A DNA stretch of 50,039 nt, from contig CAZQFS010000001.1 of the NCBI GenBank assembly GCA_964592755.1, positions 41,731 through 91,769 of the forward strand, given 5' to 3'. This DNA comes from an uncultured bacterium (GTDB taxonomy: Bacteria > Hydrothermota > Tepidihabitantia > Tepidihabitantales > Tepidihabitantaceae). The notes beneath the pieces were generated by a model. It was not told the origin of the DNA, made no database searches, and saw only the letters and a list, made by a program, of their open reading frames with translations. A program made the position numbers and the translations under genes. The number at the start of each line of letters is the position of its first letter. Position 1 is the stretch's first letter. This document shows positions 15,471 through 25,400 of the stretch, in pieces.

Positions 15471-16348
15471 ACCTCTGGCAGCGTCTGCAGGCAATCGACC
15501 GCCGCTGGGTCTACCTCGTGGTCTGGCTGGTCGTGATGCTCCCGCTCATCTTCCCGTTCCGCATCAAGCCCAAGGCTACGCCGCCGGTAGAGAGACTATT
15601 CCAGTTCATCGACACCATGCCGCGCGACAAGGCTCTGGTCATCTCCGTTGACTACGGGCCGGACACCCAGGCCGAGCTCCAGCCCATGCTCATCGCGTTC
15701 CTGCGCCATGCCTTTGCCACCGGCCACCATGTCGGAATGTGCGCCATGGACCTGAACGGCCTGGGACTGGGCGAGAACGCCCTGCGCCAGGTTACGGCCG
15801 AGTTCAACGCCCATGCTACCACCCGCGCGGACTCGGTCATTAACGGCGAGGACTATGTCTTCTGGGGCTGGACCACGCCGATTGTTACGGTGATGCTGGG
15901 GATGGGTGAACGCATCGCTCGTGTCTTCCCGGTTGACTACTACGGACAACCGACCGAAAGCCTGCCTATTATGACCCGGCTCAAGAACTACGACGACGTC
16001 GGGCTGCTGGTCACGATCGCCTCGACTGCGATGCCCCGGTCATGGATCAACTACGCCCAGGTGCAGTTCGGCGTCCGGCTCGCTTGCGGCGTGACCGCGG
16101 TCTCGGCGGCGGACTACTATCCCTACCTCAACTCCGGCCAGTTCACCGGCCTGCTGGGCGGCATGAAAGGCGCCGCCGAGTACGAAGACTTGCTGCTCGA
16201 CCGGCTGCAGAAGAACAACATGGACTGGGGCCAGCGGTACAAGGGAACCGAGGCCATGTCCTCCCAGACCGCGGCTCATCTCGCCATCATGGTCTTCATC
16301 GTCATCGGCAACATTGCTTTCTTTGCCTCGAAGAGGAGGAAGTCATGA
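15467..16348 (+). CDS. Bitopic membrane protein with a large soluble domain (function unknown)
   Basis: N-terminal TM (WVYLVVWLVVMLPLIF) and C-terminal TM (AAHLAIMVFIVIGNIAFFA). ATGA overlap with the next gene at 16345-16348. Confidence 0.6.
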   Translation: MNLWQRLQAIDRRWVYLVVWLVVMLPLIFPFRIKPKATPPVERLFQFIDTMPRDKALVISVDYGPDTQAELQPMLIAFLRHAFATGHHVGMCAMDLNGLGLGENALRQVTAEFNAHATTRADSVINGEDYVFWGWTTPIVTVMLGMGERIARVFPVDYYGQPTESLPIMTRLKNYDDVGLLVTIASTAMPRSWINYAQVQFGVRLACGVTAVSAADYYPYLNSGQFTGLLGGMKGAAEYEDLLLDRLQKNNMDWGQRYKGTEAMSSQTAAHLAIMVFIVIGNIAFFASKRRKS

Positions 16349-17001
16349 ACATCGTCAACCCGCTGACCGCGCAGGGCGCCTGGGTGTGGATTGCCGCCAT
16401 CCTCACGCTGGCAATATTCTCCTTCCTCTATCGCGAGAATCCGTTCTACCGCATCGCCGAGCACCTCTATGTCGGCATCGCCAACGGCTACTTCATCACC
16501 TTCTACTGGCACCGCGTCCTCATGCCGACCCTGTTCACGCCGGTGGCGCACAACCCGAACATCGTCGTCAAGGCATGGCTCATCAGTATCGCCATCATCG
16601 GCGCGTTCTACTTCACACGATTCATCCCCAAACTGTCGTGGCTGGTCCGTATCCCCATTGCCATCCTGCTGGGATACTCGTGCGGTGCCAGCATCCCTCG
16701 CGCGGTTGAAGGTGAGATTATTCGGCAGCTCAAGGCGACCATCATCACCCGCGCCCATTTCGCCCACTGGGATACCGCGCTCTGGGCTATCATCATCCTG
16801 CTCGGTGTCATCGCCACGGTCAGCTACTTCTTCTTCTCGGCCGAGCGCAAGGGCGTGCTCAAGCCGGTGAGCTACATCGGCGTCATCTTCATCATGGTCG
16901 GGTTCGGCGCGTCATTCGGCTACACGGTCATGGCCCGCATCTCGCTCTTCATCGGCCGGCTGCAGTTCCTGCTCGGTGACTGGCTCGGATTGATCCGCTA
17001 G
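16345..17001 (+). CDS. Polytopic membrane protein (function unknown)
   Basis: Internal ATG 16345 (SD AGGAGGAAG) chosen over the listed 16042 start, which would overlap the preceding gene by 300 nt in another frame. Starts MNIVNPLTAQGAWVWIAAILTLAIF..., strongly hydrophobic. Confidence 0.6.
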   Translation: MNIVNPLTAQGAWVWIAAILTLAIFSFLYRENPFYRIAEHLYVGIANGYFITFYWHRVLMPTLFTPVAHNPNIVVKAWLISIAIIGAFYFTRFIPKLSWLVRIPIAILLGYSCGASIPRAVEGEIIRQLKATIITRAHFAHWDTALWAIIILLGVIATVSYFFFSAERKGVLKPVSYIGVIFIMVGFGASFGYTVMARISLFIGRLQFLLGDWLGLIR

Positions 17002-17017
17002 CCGCGCTGCTACGTTC

Positions 17018-17046
17018 AGAGCGGGCTGCCTCTGGCAGCCCGCTCT
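17018..17046. terminator. 13-bp hairpin between convergent operons
   Basis: AGAGCGGGCTGCC (17018-17030), loop tct, GGCAGCCCGCTCT (17034-17046). Lies between the membrane operon (+) and the anti-sigma gene (-). Confidence 0.5.
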
Positions 17047-17083
17047 CAATACGGGGACGCTGGACCGCTTCCGCGGCCCGGCT

Positions 17084-17578
17084 CTAGTATTCCTCGATGA
17101 AACCCCGGCCGTACGTCGCTGCGACCACTGCCAGCGCCACACTCAGCCCGACAACCACGAGCGGCACCATCGCCAACTGGCCGGCCGTCACTGACGAGGG
17201 CACCGGCAGCCTGAGCTGACCCACGGTCTCGGGCCCGACGTTCAGCCGTCGAGCCAGCTCGAATGACCCGGCGAGCAGCGGCCCGCGGAACAGCCAGGCC
17301 GCGAACCCCAGTATCGGGATGAGCGCCAGCGCCCACCACGGGCCAGGGTAGAACGCCCGCTGCCGGGGCAGGCTGGCCAGCACGCGCGCGGAGAACTCGG
17401 GTGAAGGCTCGAGCACCGGCTGGTGGTCCAGGCTGGATACTAGCGCGGTCAGCACTGCCAGTTCGCGCTGGCAGCCGGGGCATTCCAGCAGATGGGCATC
17501 AACCGCCTTCCGCTTCTCCGCAGCAAGGTGCCTCGTGACGTAGTCCTGCAGCAGTCCCTGGAATTCATCGCAGCTCAT
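17084..17578 (-). CDS. Anti-sigma factor, zf-HC2 type, membrane anchored
   Basis: N-terminal MSCDEFQGLLQDYV...HLLECPGCQREL (H-x3-C-x2-C zinc motif), followed by TM segments. ATGA overlap with the upstream ECF sigma gene. Confidence 0.7.
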   Translation of the reverse strand: MSCDEFQGLLQDYVTRHLAAEKRKAVDAHLLECPGCQRELAVLTALVSSLDHQPVLEPSPEFSARVLASLPRQRAFYPGPWWALALIPILGFAAWLFRGPLLAGSFELARRLNVGPETVGQLRLPVPSSVTAGQLAMVPLVVVGLSVALAVVAATYGRGFIEEY

Positions 17579-18153
17579 TGCAGCATCACCTCTTTCAGGT
17601 TCTCCCAGCCGACCCGCTCGAGCAGGCGCGTCTTCAACACGGCGCGCGCCCGGTGGATGTGCGCCTTGACCGTACCCATCGGCTTGCGGGTCATCTGGGC
17701 AATCTCTTCATATGACAGGCCGTTGAAGTGGTACATCGTGATGGCCGCCCGGTAGTCGTCCGGCAGCTTGCTCACCTCGTCCTGCACCACCTCCTGTATG
17801 CCCTTGGTCCGGTACGCTTCGACCGGACCGTCGATATCCACCGCCATCGCCTCGTCCAGCTCGACCTCGGGCTTGCGCTTGCGTAACTCGCTGATGCAGG
17901 TGTTGTAGCATATCCGGTACAGCCACGACGAGAACTTCGACTGGCCGCGGAACCCGGGCAGGGCGGCGTAGGCTTTGATGAACGTCTCCTGGGCCATGTC
18001 CTCGGCCCGGCCCGGGTCGCGCATCAGCCGGTATGCCATCGAGTACATCATGCCCTTGTAGCGGTTCAGGAGCACCGCGAAGGCGTCCTCGTCGCCTCGG
18101 GCCGCGCGTTGGACCAGCGCTTCTTCGGCAGTGGCTTCCATTTCTCTGACCAT
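17575..18153 (-). CDS. ECF (RpoE-like) RNA polymerase sigma-70 family factor
   Basis: Region 2 (DAFAVLLNRYKGMMYSMAYRL...AEDMAQETFIKAY...FSSWLYRICYNTCI) and region 4 HTH (YEEIAQMTRKPMGTVKAHIHRARAVL). Confidence 0.9.
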   Translation of the reverse strand: MVREMEATAEEALVQRAARGDEDAFAVLLNRYKGMMYSMAYRLMRDPGRAEDMAQETFIKAYAALPGFRGQSKFSSWLYRICYNTCISELRKRKPEVELDEAMAVDIDGPVEAYRTKGIQEVVQDEVSKLPDDYRAAITMYHFNGLSYEEIAQMTRKPMGTVKAHIHRARAVLKTRLLERVGWENLKEVMLQ

Positions 18154-18225
18154 AAGACGCCCTCAGGCGGCTAATGTTACACCCTATGCAACAAACCCGC
18201 AAGACCCCGCGTCGTACAGAGCAGA

Positions 18226-18444
18226 ATGACGCATACAGCGAGAATCGTCTTCGCCGCGGCGCTGGCACTGGTAGTGGGCGGAGCGGTGGTCGCATCCGCC
18301 CGCCATCCCGGTGCCGGCAGCACAGTGCCTGAGGTCCTGGTGACAGCCCGGGGCCCGAACGCGGTGGTAGACGAAATAGTTGTCCGCCCGACCGGCGGAC
18401 AGAACCTGGCTGAAACCACCTCAGCCAACACCAGCGTGAACTAG
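18226..18444 (+). CDS. Possible small secreted protein (72 aa)
   Basis: ATG start with a signal-like ARIVFAAALALVVGGAVVASA. Divergent from the ECF sigma gene. No clear SD. Confidence 0.3.
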   Translation: MTHTARIVFAAALALVVGGAVVASARHPGAGSTVPEVLVTARGPNAVVDEIVVRPTGGQNLAETTSANTSVN

Positions 18445-18460
18445 AAAGCAGGAGGCAACA

Positions 18461-18880
18461 ATGGACCCGAGCTCATTCGTGAACTCCATCACCGGTGTCG
18501 TCGCGGTCGTGATGATATTCGCTATTCCGATAGTGACGACCGCGCTCATCGCCGCGGTGATACTCTCCGTCGCCGGCAAGCGCCACAAGGAACGTATGAA
18601 GATGATTGAACAGGGCATGATGCCACCCCCGCCGAGAAAAACCCGGGGTTATGCGCTCCTCGGCTGGGGTGCGGTCTCAGCCGCGTTCGGCCTGGCCCTG
18701 CTCGTGGCGCAACTGGCCGCCGGCTCAGTCGCTGACCTTGAAGGCGGCTTCATCTTTCTCTTTGTTGGCGCTGCGCTCATCATTGTCTGGCTCATCCGTC
18801 ACAACAACCAGCAGCAGGAACCGGAGTCCGACGAGCCCCAGAAGTCTGTTACGCAAGACCCTCCCAAACCGCTACCGTAG
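18461..18880 (+). CDS. Small membrane protein (139 aa)
   Basis: Strong SD (GCAGGAGG) upstream of ATG 18461. Two or three TM helices flank KRHKERMKMIEQGMMPPPP. Confidence 0.6.
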   Translation: MDPSSFVNSITGVVAVVMIFAIPIVTTALIAAVILSVAGKRHKERMKMIEQGMMPPPPRKTRGYALLGWGAVSAAFGLALLVAQLAAGSVADLEGGFIFLFVGAALIIVWLIRHNNQQQEPESDEPQKSVTQDPPKPLP

Positions 18881-18888
18881 CCGGAACG

Positions 18889-18918
18889 GCCGGGGCGCGG
18901 GACACCCCGCGCCCCGGC
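18889..18918 (+). terminator. 12-bp GC hairpin after the 18461-18880 gene
   Basis: GCCGGGGCGCGG (18889-18900), loop gacacc, CCGCGCCCCGGC (18907-18918). Weak T-tract. Confidence 0.4.
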
Positions 18919-19257
18919 GTTCAGCCCGCCGCCTGTTGAACCTGCTCCGCACCGCCTGTGGAACTCCTACTGCGTCATGACCAGCTGCTTTGAGCCAAGA
19001 AGCACGCGCCGCGATGCAGCTTGGCATGTTGTAGCAAGATACACGGTTGAGATAAACGGCGGCGGGGTCGGGCCGGTGACCTGGCTGTGGCCCATCTCTG
19101 CCATCAGCCGGCATGAAGGCCTGAGGCGAAGATGAGCCGGCCAGCTAGAATCTGCACGACGAGTCCGAACTGGCGTTGGGCAATCAAGGCTGGCATTCTC
19201 CCTGTGCCATTACCCTATGACACTATCGCTGTGCTATCGCACTGTGCGCTGGGTTGT

Positions 19258-19286
19258 TTGACACCGGCCGGGCTAAGGTTTATGAT
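19258..19286 (+). promoter_or_regulatory. Candidate hdr operon promoter TTGACA-17nt-TATGAT
   Basis: -35 TTGACA at 19258-19263, 17-nt spacer, -10 TATGAT at 19281-19286. hdrC ATG at 19298 implies a very short (about 5 nt) leader. Confidence 0.45.
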
Positions 19287-19297
19287 ATTCGTCCACC

Positions 19298-19690
19298 ATG
19301 CAAATCCCCGCTGGCAAGGCACTAGTGCGCCAGATTGAAGAGCTGAGCGGTCAGGTCGTTTCGGACTGCTACCAATGCGGGTGCTGTACTTCCGGCTGCC
19401 CGATAGGCGAAGACATGGACCCGCCGCCAAGCAAGGCCATCCGTCTGTTGCAACTGGACCGGGCGCACGAGCTCCTAGCGTCAGAAGGCATCTGGCTGTG
19501 CGCGTCGTGCCTGGTCTGCGGCACGCGCTGCCCGCGGGCAGTAGACTATGCGCGCATCGCCGAAGCCTGCCGGGCCATCATCCTGCGCACGCGGCAGAGC
19601 AAAGTGGACCCGGATACCGTGACCGGCCCTGACCTGGACGAGATTCCCCAGCAGGCGTTCATCGCCAGCTTTCGCAAGTTCTCGGTATGA
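19298..19690 (+). CDS. hdrC: Heterodisulfide reductase subunit C-like (2x[4Fe-4S])
   Basis: CYQCGCCTSGCP and CASCLVCGTRCP motifs, about 130 aa. ATGA overlap with hdrB. Confidence 0.8.
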   Translation: MQIPAGKALVRQIEELSGQVVSDCYQCGCCTSGCPIGEDMDPPPSKAIRLLQLDRAHELLASEGIWLCASCLVCGTRCPRAVDYARIAEACRAIILRTRQSKVDPDTVTGPDLDEIPQQAFIASFRKFSV

Positions 19691-20544
19691 GGTACGTTTA
19701 CTACCCGGGCTGCACGCTCTACACCAAGGCGAGGAACCTGGACTCCTGTGCCCGCAAGGCCGCGGCCCGGGTCGGGTTTGAGCTGGTCGAGATGCCCTCG
19801 TGGAACTGCTGCGGGGCAATCTACAACACCGGCACCGACGACCTCGCGGCCCAGGTCGGGCCGGTGCGCAACCTGGCCAAGGCCAGTCAGTTGGGCGAAA
19901 AGCTTGTGACCCTGTGTGCTGCCTGCCACAACGTGCTCAAGCGGGTCGACGACCGGCTCCATGCGCAGGGGAATCAGGTCGAGCGCGACCGGCTCATTGC
20001 CTTTGTCGATGAGAAGTTCGAGCGCCGGGTCCGGGTGATGCACTACATCGAGGTGCTCAAGAACGATATCGGGTTCGGGAAGGTGAAGGAGAAAGTGACG
20101 AAGTCGCTCGCGGGCCTCAAAGTCGCCTCCTACTACGGATGCCTGATGGTGCGGCCCAGGGAGGTGCTGCAGTTCGATGACCCGGAGAACCCGCAGGTGA
20201 TGGATGACCTGGTGGCAACCCTGGGCGCGGTACCGACGCCGTTCGACTTCAAGGCCGAGTGCTGCGGCGGATACCTGGTGGTGAACCGGCGGGACGTTGC
20301 CCGGACCGCGTCAAAGAGGATTCTCGATAACGCCCGAGCGCGCGGGGCCGAGACGATTGTCACCACCTGCCCGCTGTGCCAACACAACGTGGACAAGCTG
20401 CGGCCGGTCGGTGACGGCACGATGCCGGTGTTCTACTTCACTCAGTTACTCGGGCTCGCGGTCGGGCTGCCGGTCGAGGACCTGGGTTTCGAGCACAACG
20501 CGTTTGACCCGAAGCCGTTCCTGAAGCAGAAAGGCCTCATCTGA
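19687..20544 (+). CDS. hdrB: Heterodisulfide reductase subunit B-like (two CCG domains)
   Basis: YYPGCTL..., WNCCGA and ECCGG Cys-rich CCG motifs, TTCPLCQHN. Confidence 0.85.
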   Translation: MRYVYYPGCTLYTKARNLDSCARKAAARVGFELVEMPSWNCCGAIYNTGTDDLAAQVGPVRNLAKASQLGEKLVTLCAACHNVLKRVDDRLHAQGNQVERDRLIAFVDEKFERRVRVMHYIEVLKNDIGFGKVKEKVTKSLAGLKVASYYGCLMVRPREVLQFDDPENPQVMDDLVATLGAVPTPFDFKAECCGGYLVVNRRDVARTASKRILDNARARGAETIVTTCPLCQHNVDKLRPVGDGTMPVFYFTQLLGLAVGLPVEDLGFEHNAFDPKPFLKQKGLI

Positions 20545-22493
20545 TGGCCGGCCGGCCCCGGGTCGGCGTGCTCGTCTGCCATTGCGGCATCAACATCGCC
20601 GGCGTCGTGAAGGTTCCGGAGGTGATGGAACGCGTCGCCCGGTGGGACGGCGTCGCGGTTGTGAAGGACTACAAGTACTGCTGCTCAGACCCGGGCCAGC
20701 AGATGATTCGTGAGGCCGTCAAGGCCGACCGGCTCGACCGGGTCATCGTCGCCTGCTGCTCGCCGACCCTGCACGAGACGACATTCCGCAACGCCTGCGC
20801 CGAGGCGGGTTTGAACCCATACCTCTGCGAGATTGCCAACATCCGCGAGCAGTGCTCGTGGGTGACCAAGGACAAAGACCAGGCCACGACCAAGGCGACC
20901 GAGATTATCAGAACCGTGCTGGCCAAGGCCGAGCTCGACCAGCCGCTCGAATCCATCACCGTGCCCATCAACAAGCGGGCACTGGTCATCGGCGCCGGCA
21001 TCGCCGGCATCCAGGCCGCACTGGACATTGCCAATGCCGGCTACGAGGTCGTGCTGGTCGAGAAAGAGCCCTCTATCGGCGGGCACATGGCCCAGCTGTC
21101 CGAGACCTTCCCGACCCTTGACTGCTCCCAGTGCATTCTGACACCGCGCACGGTCGAGGCCGGCCGTCACCCGAAGATAAGGCTCATGACCTACTCCGAG
21201 GTCGAGAGCGTCTCCGGGTACGTCGGCAACTTCCGGGTGAGGATACGGCAGAAGGCGAGATACGTGGACTTTGATGCCTGCACCGGCTGCGGCCTGTGCA
21301 TGGAGAAATGCCCGGGCCGGGCCGAGTCGAGCTTTGAGCGCGGCATGGCAAAACGCAAGGCGATTTACCGCCTGCTGCCCCAGGCCGTGCCGAACCGGCC
21401 GGTGATTGACGCGCAGTCGTGCCTGTACCTGCTCAAGGGCAAGTGCGGGGTGTGTGCCAAAATCTGCCCGACCCAGGCGATTCGCTACGACGACAAGGAC
21501 AAGCTCGCTGAGGAAGAGGTCGGCGCGATTGTGATGGCGACCGGGTACGAGCTGTTCGACGCGGCCAAGCTCGGTTCGTACGGAGTGGGAACGGTGCCGG
21601 ACGTGATTGACGGGCTGGCGTTCGAGCGGCTGTTGTCGGCTTCCGGCCCGACTTCGGGCGACGTGAAACGGCCCAGCGACGGCAAAACCCCGAAGAAAGT
21701 CGTCTTTGTCCAGTGCGCGGGCTCGCGCGACTCGACTCAGGGCATGCCGTACTGCTCGAAGATATGCTGCATGTACACCGCGAAGCAGGCCATCCTGTAC
21801 AAGCACCGGGTGCACGACGGCGAGGCGACGGTCTGCTACATCGACGTGCGCACGCCGGGCAAAGGGTTCGAGGAGTTCTACCGGCGCGCAACCGACGAAG
21901 GAGTTCAGTACCTGCGTGGCAAGGTTTCGAAGATTTACAGGCAGGGCGACAAGGTCGTCGTGTGGGCATCAGACACCTTGGCCGGCCGCAAGGTCGAGCT
22001 CGAAGCCGACCTTGTGGTGCTGGCAACCGCGGTGGTCGCAAACCCGGACGGGGTCGCGCTCGCCCACAAGCTCAAGACCCAGCTCGACTCCCACGGGTTC
22101 ATGACCGAGGCGCACCCGAAACTCCGACCAGTCGAGACCCTGACCGCCGGGTTCTTCCTCGCCGGGTGCGGACAGGGGCCGAAAGACATCCCTGAGACCG
22201 TGGCCCAGGCCTCGGCCGCCGCGGCCAAGGTTCTCGCGATGTTCGGCTCGACCAAACTGACCCATGCGCCGACCGTCGCGGTCGTGGAAGAGGAGATTTG
22301 TGTCGGCTGTGGTAACTGCGAGCGGACCTGCGCTTACGAGGCGGTCAAGGTCGATACCAAGCGCGGACTCGCGGTCGTGAACGCGGCGCTGTGCGAAGGA
22401 TGCGGCGCGTGTGCCATGAGCTGTCCGTCCGGCGCCATGAACCACAAGAACTTCACCAAGAAGGCCATTCTCGAAATGGCGGACCAGTTCTAG
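20544..22493 (+). CDS. hdrA: Heterodisulfide reductase subunit A-like flavoprotein
   Basis: N-terminal Cys domain (VLVCHCGINIAGV...IVACCSPTLHE...IREQCSWV), FAD fold (VIGAGIAGIQAALDIANAG...GGHMAQLSETFPTLDCSQCILTPR), inserted and C-terminal ferredoxin motifs (CTGCGLCMEKCP; CVGCGNCERTC; CEGCGACAMSCP). Confidence 0.9.
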   Translation: MAGRPRVGVLVCHCGINIAGVVKVPEVMERVARWDGVAVVKDYKYCCSDPGQQMIREAVKADRLDRVIVACCSPTLHETTFRNACAEAGLNPYLCEIANIREQCSWVTKDKDQATTKATEIIRTVLAKAELDQPLESITVPINKRALVIGAGIAGIQAALDIANAGYEVVLVEKEPSIGGHMAQLSETFPTLDCSQCILTPRTVEAGRHPKIRLMTYSEVESVSGYVGNFRVRIRQKARYVDFDACTGCGLCMEKCPGRAESSFERGMAKRKAIYRLLPQAVPNRPVIDAQSCLYLLKGKCGVCAKICPTQAIRYDDKDKLAEEEVGAIVMATGYELFDAAKLGSYGVGTVPDVIDGLAFERLLSASGPTSGDVKRPSDGKTPKKVVFVQCAGSRDSTQGMPYCSKICCMYTAKQAILYKHRVHDGEATVCYIDVRTPGKGFEEFYRRATDEGVQYLRGKVSKIYRQGDKVVVWASDTLAGRKVELEADLVVLATAVVANPDGVALAHKLKTQLDSHGFMTEAHPKLRPVETLTAGFFLAGCGQGPKDIPETVAQASAAAAKVLAMFGSTKLTHAPTVAVVEEEICVGCGNCERTCAYEAVKVDTKRGLAVVNAALCEGCGACAMSCPSGAMNHKNFTKKAILEMADQF

Positions 22494-25400
22494 ATGAGCC
22501 AGGAAGCCTCAAGCGCCGAGCCTCAAGCCCTGGTGGGAGCCGTACTGGTGGTTGGTTCCGGGATTGGCGGCATCCAGTCGTCGCTCGAGCTGGCCGATGC
22601 CGGGTTCAAGGTCTATCTGCTCGACGAAGGTCCGGCCATCGGCGGCGTCATGGCGATGCTCGACAAGACCTTCCCGACGAACGACTGTTCGATGTGTATC
22701 TTGTCGCCGAAGCTCGTCGGGACGGGCCGACACCAGAACATCGAACTGCTCAACTACTGCGAACTTCTCGGGCTCGAAGGCGAACCTGGCCGGTTCCGGG
22801 CGCGAATCAGACGCAAGCCGCGGTTCGTGCTGCTCGACAAGTGCACCGGCTGCATGGACTGCACCAAGGTCTGCCCGGTGGAGGTTCCGGATGCGTACAA
22901 CCAGAACCTGGCCACGCGTCGCGCCACCTACAAACTCTACCCCCAGGCGATACCGAACGCGGTCGCCATCGAAAAGAACGAGTCGCGTGCGCCCTGCCGC
23001 ATCGCCTGCCCGTCCGGGGTGAATGCGCAGGGCTATGTTGCGCTCGTGTCGCAACGGAAGTTCAAGGAAGCGTTCGACCTGGTGCGTGAGCGCCTGCCGT
23101 TTGTCGGCGTCTGCGGCCGGGTCTGCCACCACCCGTGCGAGCAGGAGTGCAACCGCAAGGAGTACGAGTTACCAGTTTCGATTCGGACCATCAAGCGGTT
23201 TGTTGCCGACTACGCCTACGCGAACGGCCCGACGCCGTATGCCCTGCCCGCGCAGGAGCGGAGCGAGCGGGTCGCGGTGGTCGGTGCCGGGCCGGCGGGT
23301 CTGACCTGCGCGCTGGACCTGCGGGCCAGGGGGTACAGGGTCACGGTGTTCGAGGCGTCGTCGCACGCGGGCGGCATGATGCGCTGGGGGATTCCGGCGT
23401 ACCGCCTACCCCGCGCGACGCTCGACCGGGAAATCAAGGACATTACCGACACCGGGGTGGAGCTGAGGCTCAACGCCCCGGTCAAGTCAACCGCCGAGGT
23501 GCAGAAGCTGCTCGGCCAGGGATACTCGGCGGTCTTTCTGGCGCTCGGCTGCCACAAGAGCCGGACCTTGAAGATTGATGGCATGGGGCTTGACGGCGTG
23601 CTGCACGGCATCGAGTTCCTGCGCGCGGTGAACGAGGGCAAACCGCCGGCCGTCGGCAAACGAGTCGTGGTCATCGGCGGCGGCAACGTCGCGGCCGACG
23701 TGGCCTTGTGCGCCCGGCGGTCGGGAGCCGAAGAGGTAACCATGGTCTGCCTTGAGTGCCGCGAAGAGATGCCGGCCCACGAATGGGAAATTGAAGACGC
23801 CCTGGCCGAAGGCGTGAAACTGAGTCCTTCGTGGGGCCCACAGGCAATAGTCGGCGAGCACGGCAGGGTCGCGGGCCTGAAGACCGTGGAGTGCACCCGG
23901 GTGTTCGACGACCAGGGCCACTTCGCGCCCGAGTTCAACTCGTGCGTCGAGGGGTTCGTACCGGCCGACACGGTCATCCTCGCCATTGGCCAGATGGTTG
24001 ATGCCGACGGCTTTGACGGCTTTGAGCGCGGGCCTGGCGGGACGTTCAGGACCGCGAAGCTGACGCTGGCGACGAGCGTCCCCGGTGTGTTTGCCGGCGG
24101 CGATGCGGTTGCCGGTCCGGCGTCAGTGATTGAGGCGGTTGCGGCCGGACACGAGGCCGCCATCTCCATTGACCGGTACATCAACGGCCAGGACCTGACC
24201 GAGGGTCGCGAGCCGCCGCAGTACCGGCCGGCCCGGCCCGAGGAGTCGGCCGCGGCGCGGACAAAGATTGAACGACGCGCCCGGGCCCAGGAACCGGCAC
24301 TTCCACCGGCTGAACGCGCGGGCAACTTCCGGGAAGTATGGTTTGGTTTCGATGAGGAGACAGCGGTCTCCGAAGCCCAGCGTTGTCTCAGTTGCGGCGT
24401 CTGCTCGGAGTGTATGCAGTGCGTTGCCGCATGCGAAGCCAAGGCCATAGACCACACCATGGTCGCGGCCGAAGAAGAGATTGCGGTCGGGGCGGTCGTG
24501 CTCTCGGCCGGATTCAAGGAGTACAAGCCGACCGGTGAGTTCGGGTACGGCTACGGCCGATACCCGAACGTCGTGACGAGCCTCGAGTTCGAGCGGATTC
24601 TTTCCGCCTCCGGTCCCTACGAGGGACACGTGCGGCGGCCGAGCGACCAGCGGCAGCCGAAAAAGGTCGCCTGGGTGCAGTGCGTCGGGTCGCGCAACGC
24701 CGAACACTACTACTGCTCATCGGTCTGTTGCATGTACGCGACAAAGGAAGCGGTGATTGCCCGCGAGCACTGCGGCGGCAACCTCGACTGCCACGTGTAC
24801 TTCATGGACATGCGCTGCTTCGGCAAGGATTTCGAGAAGTACTACGAGCGGGCGAAGAATGAGTACGGCATCCAGTTCCGGCGGTGCAAGGTGAGCGCGG
24901 TGACGCGGGTCGAGGGCAGCGAAGACCTGTGCATCTCCTACGAAGACGAGGCCGGCGTGCTGAAAGCAGAAAACTACGACTTGGTCGTCGTGTCGACCGC
25001 ACTCGCAGCCAACCCGCGCGTGGTCGAGCTGGCGCAGCGCATCGGAGTCACGACCGACGAGCAGGGATTTGTCTGGATCGACCGATTTGAGCCGATGCTC
25101 ACCAGTCGGCCGGGCGTCTATGCCTGCGGTGCCCTGACCGAGCCCAAGGACATACCCGAGACCGTCACCGAGGCCACCGGCGCGGCGGCCGCGGTCTCGT
25201 CGCTCCTCGCCCCGGCCCGCAATACGCTGGTGCGGAAAAAGGATTATCCGCCGTTCCGAGACGTCTCCGGCGAGGAGCCGCGTATCGGCGTATTTATCTG
25301 CAACTGCGGTATCAACATCGGCGGCGTCGTAGAGGTTCCCAGCGTCGTCGAGTATGCGCGCACCCTGCCGGGCGTCGTCTACGCCGAAGAGAACCTATTC

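Noticed and set aside
16042-16344. N-terminal 101-aa extension of the fourth membrane-operon gene.
   Set aside because: The extension overlaps the 3' end of the preceding well-supported gene in another frame and is Arg/Pro-rich. ATG 16345 has a strong SD and an ATGA junction.
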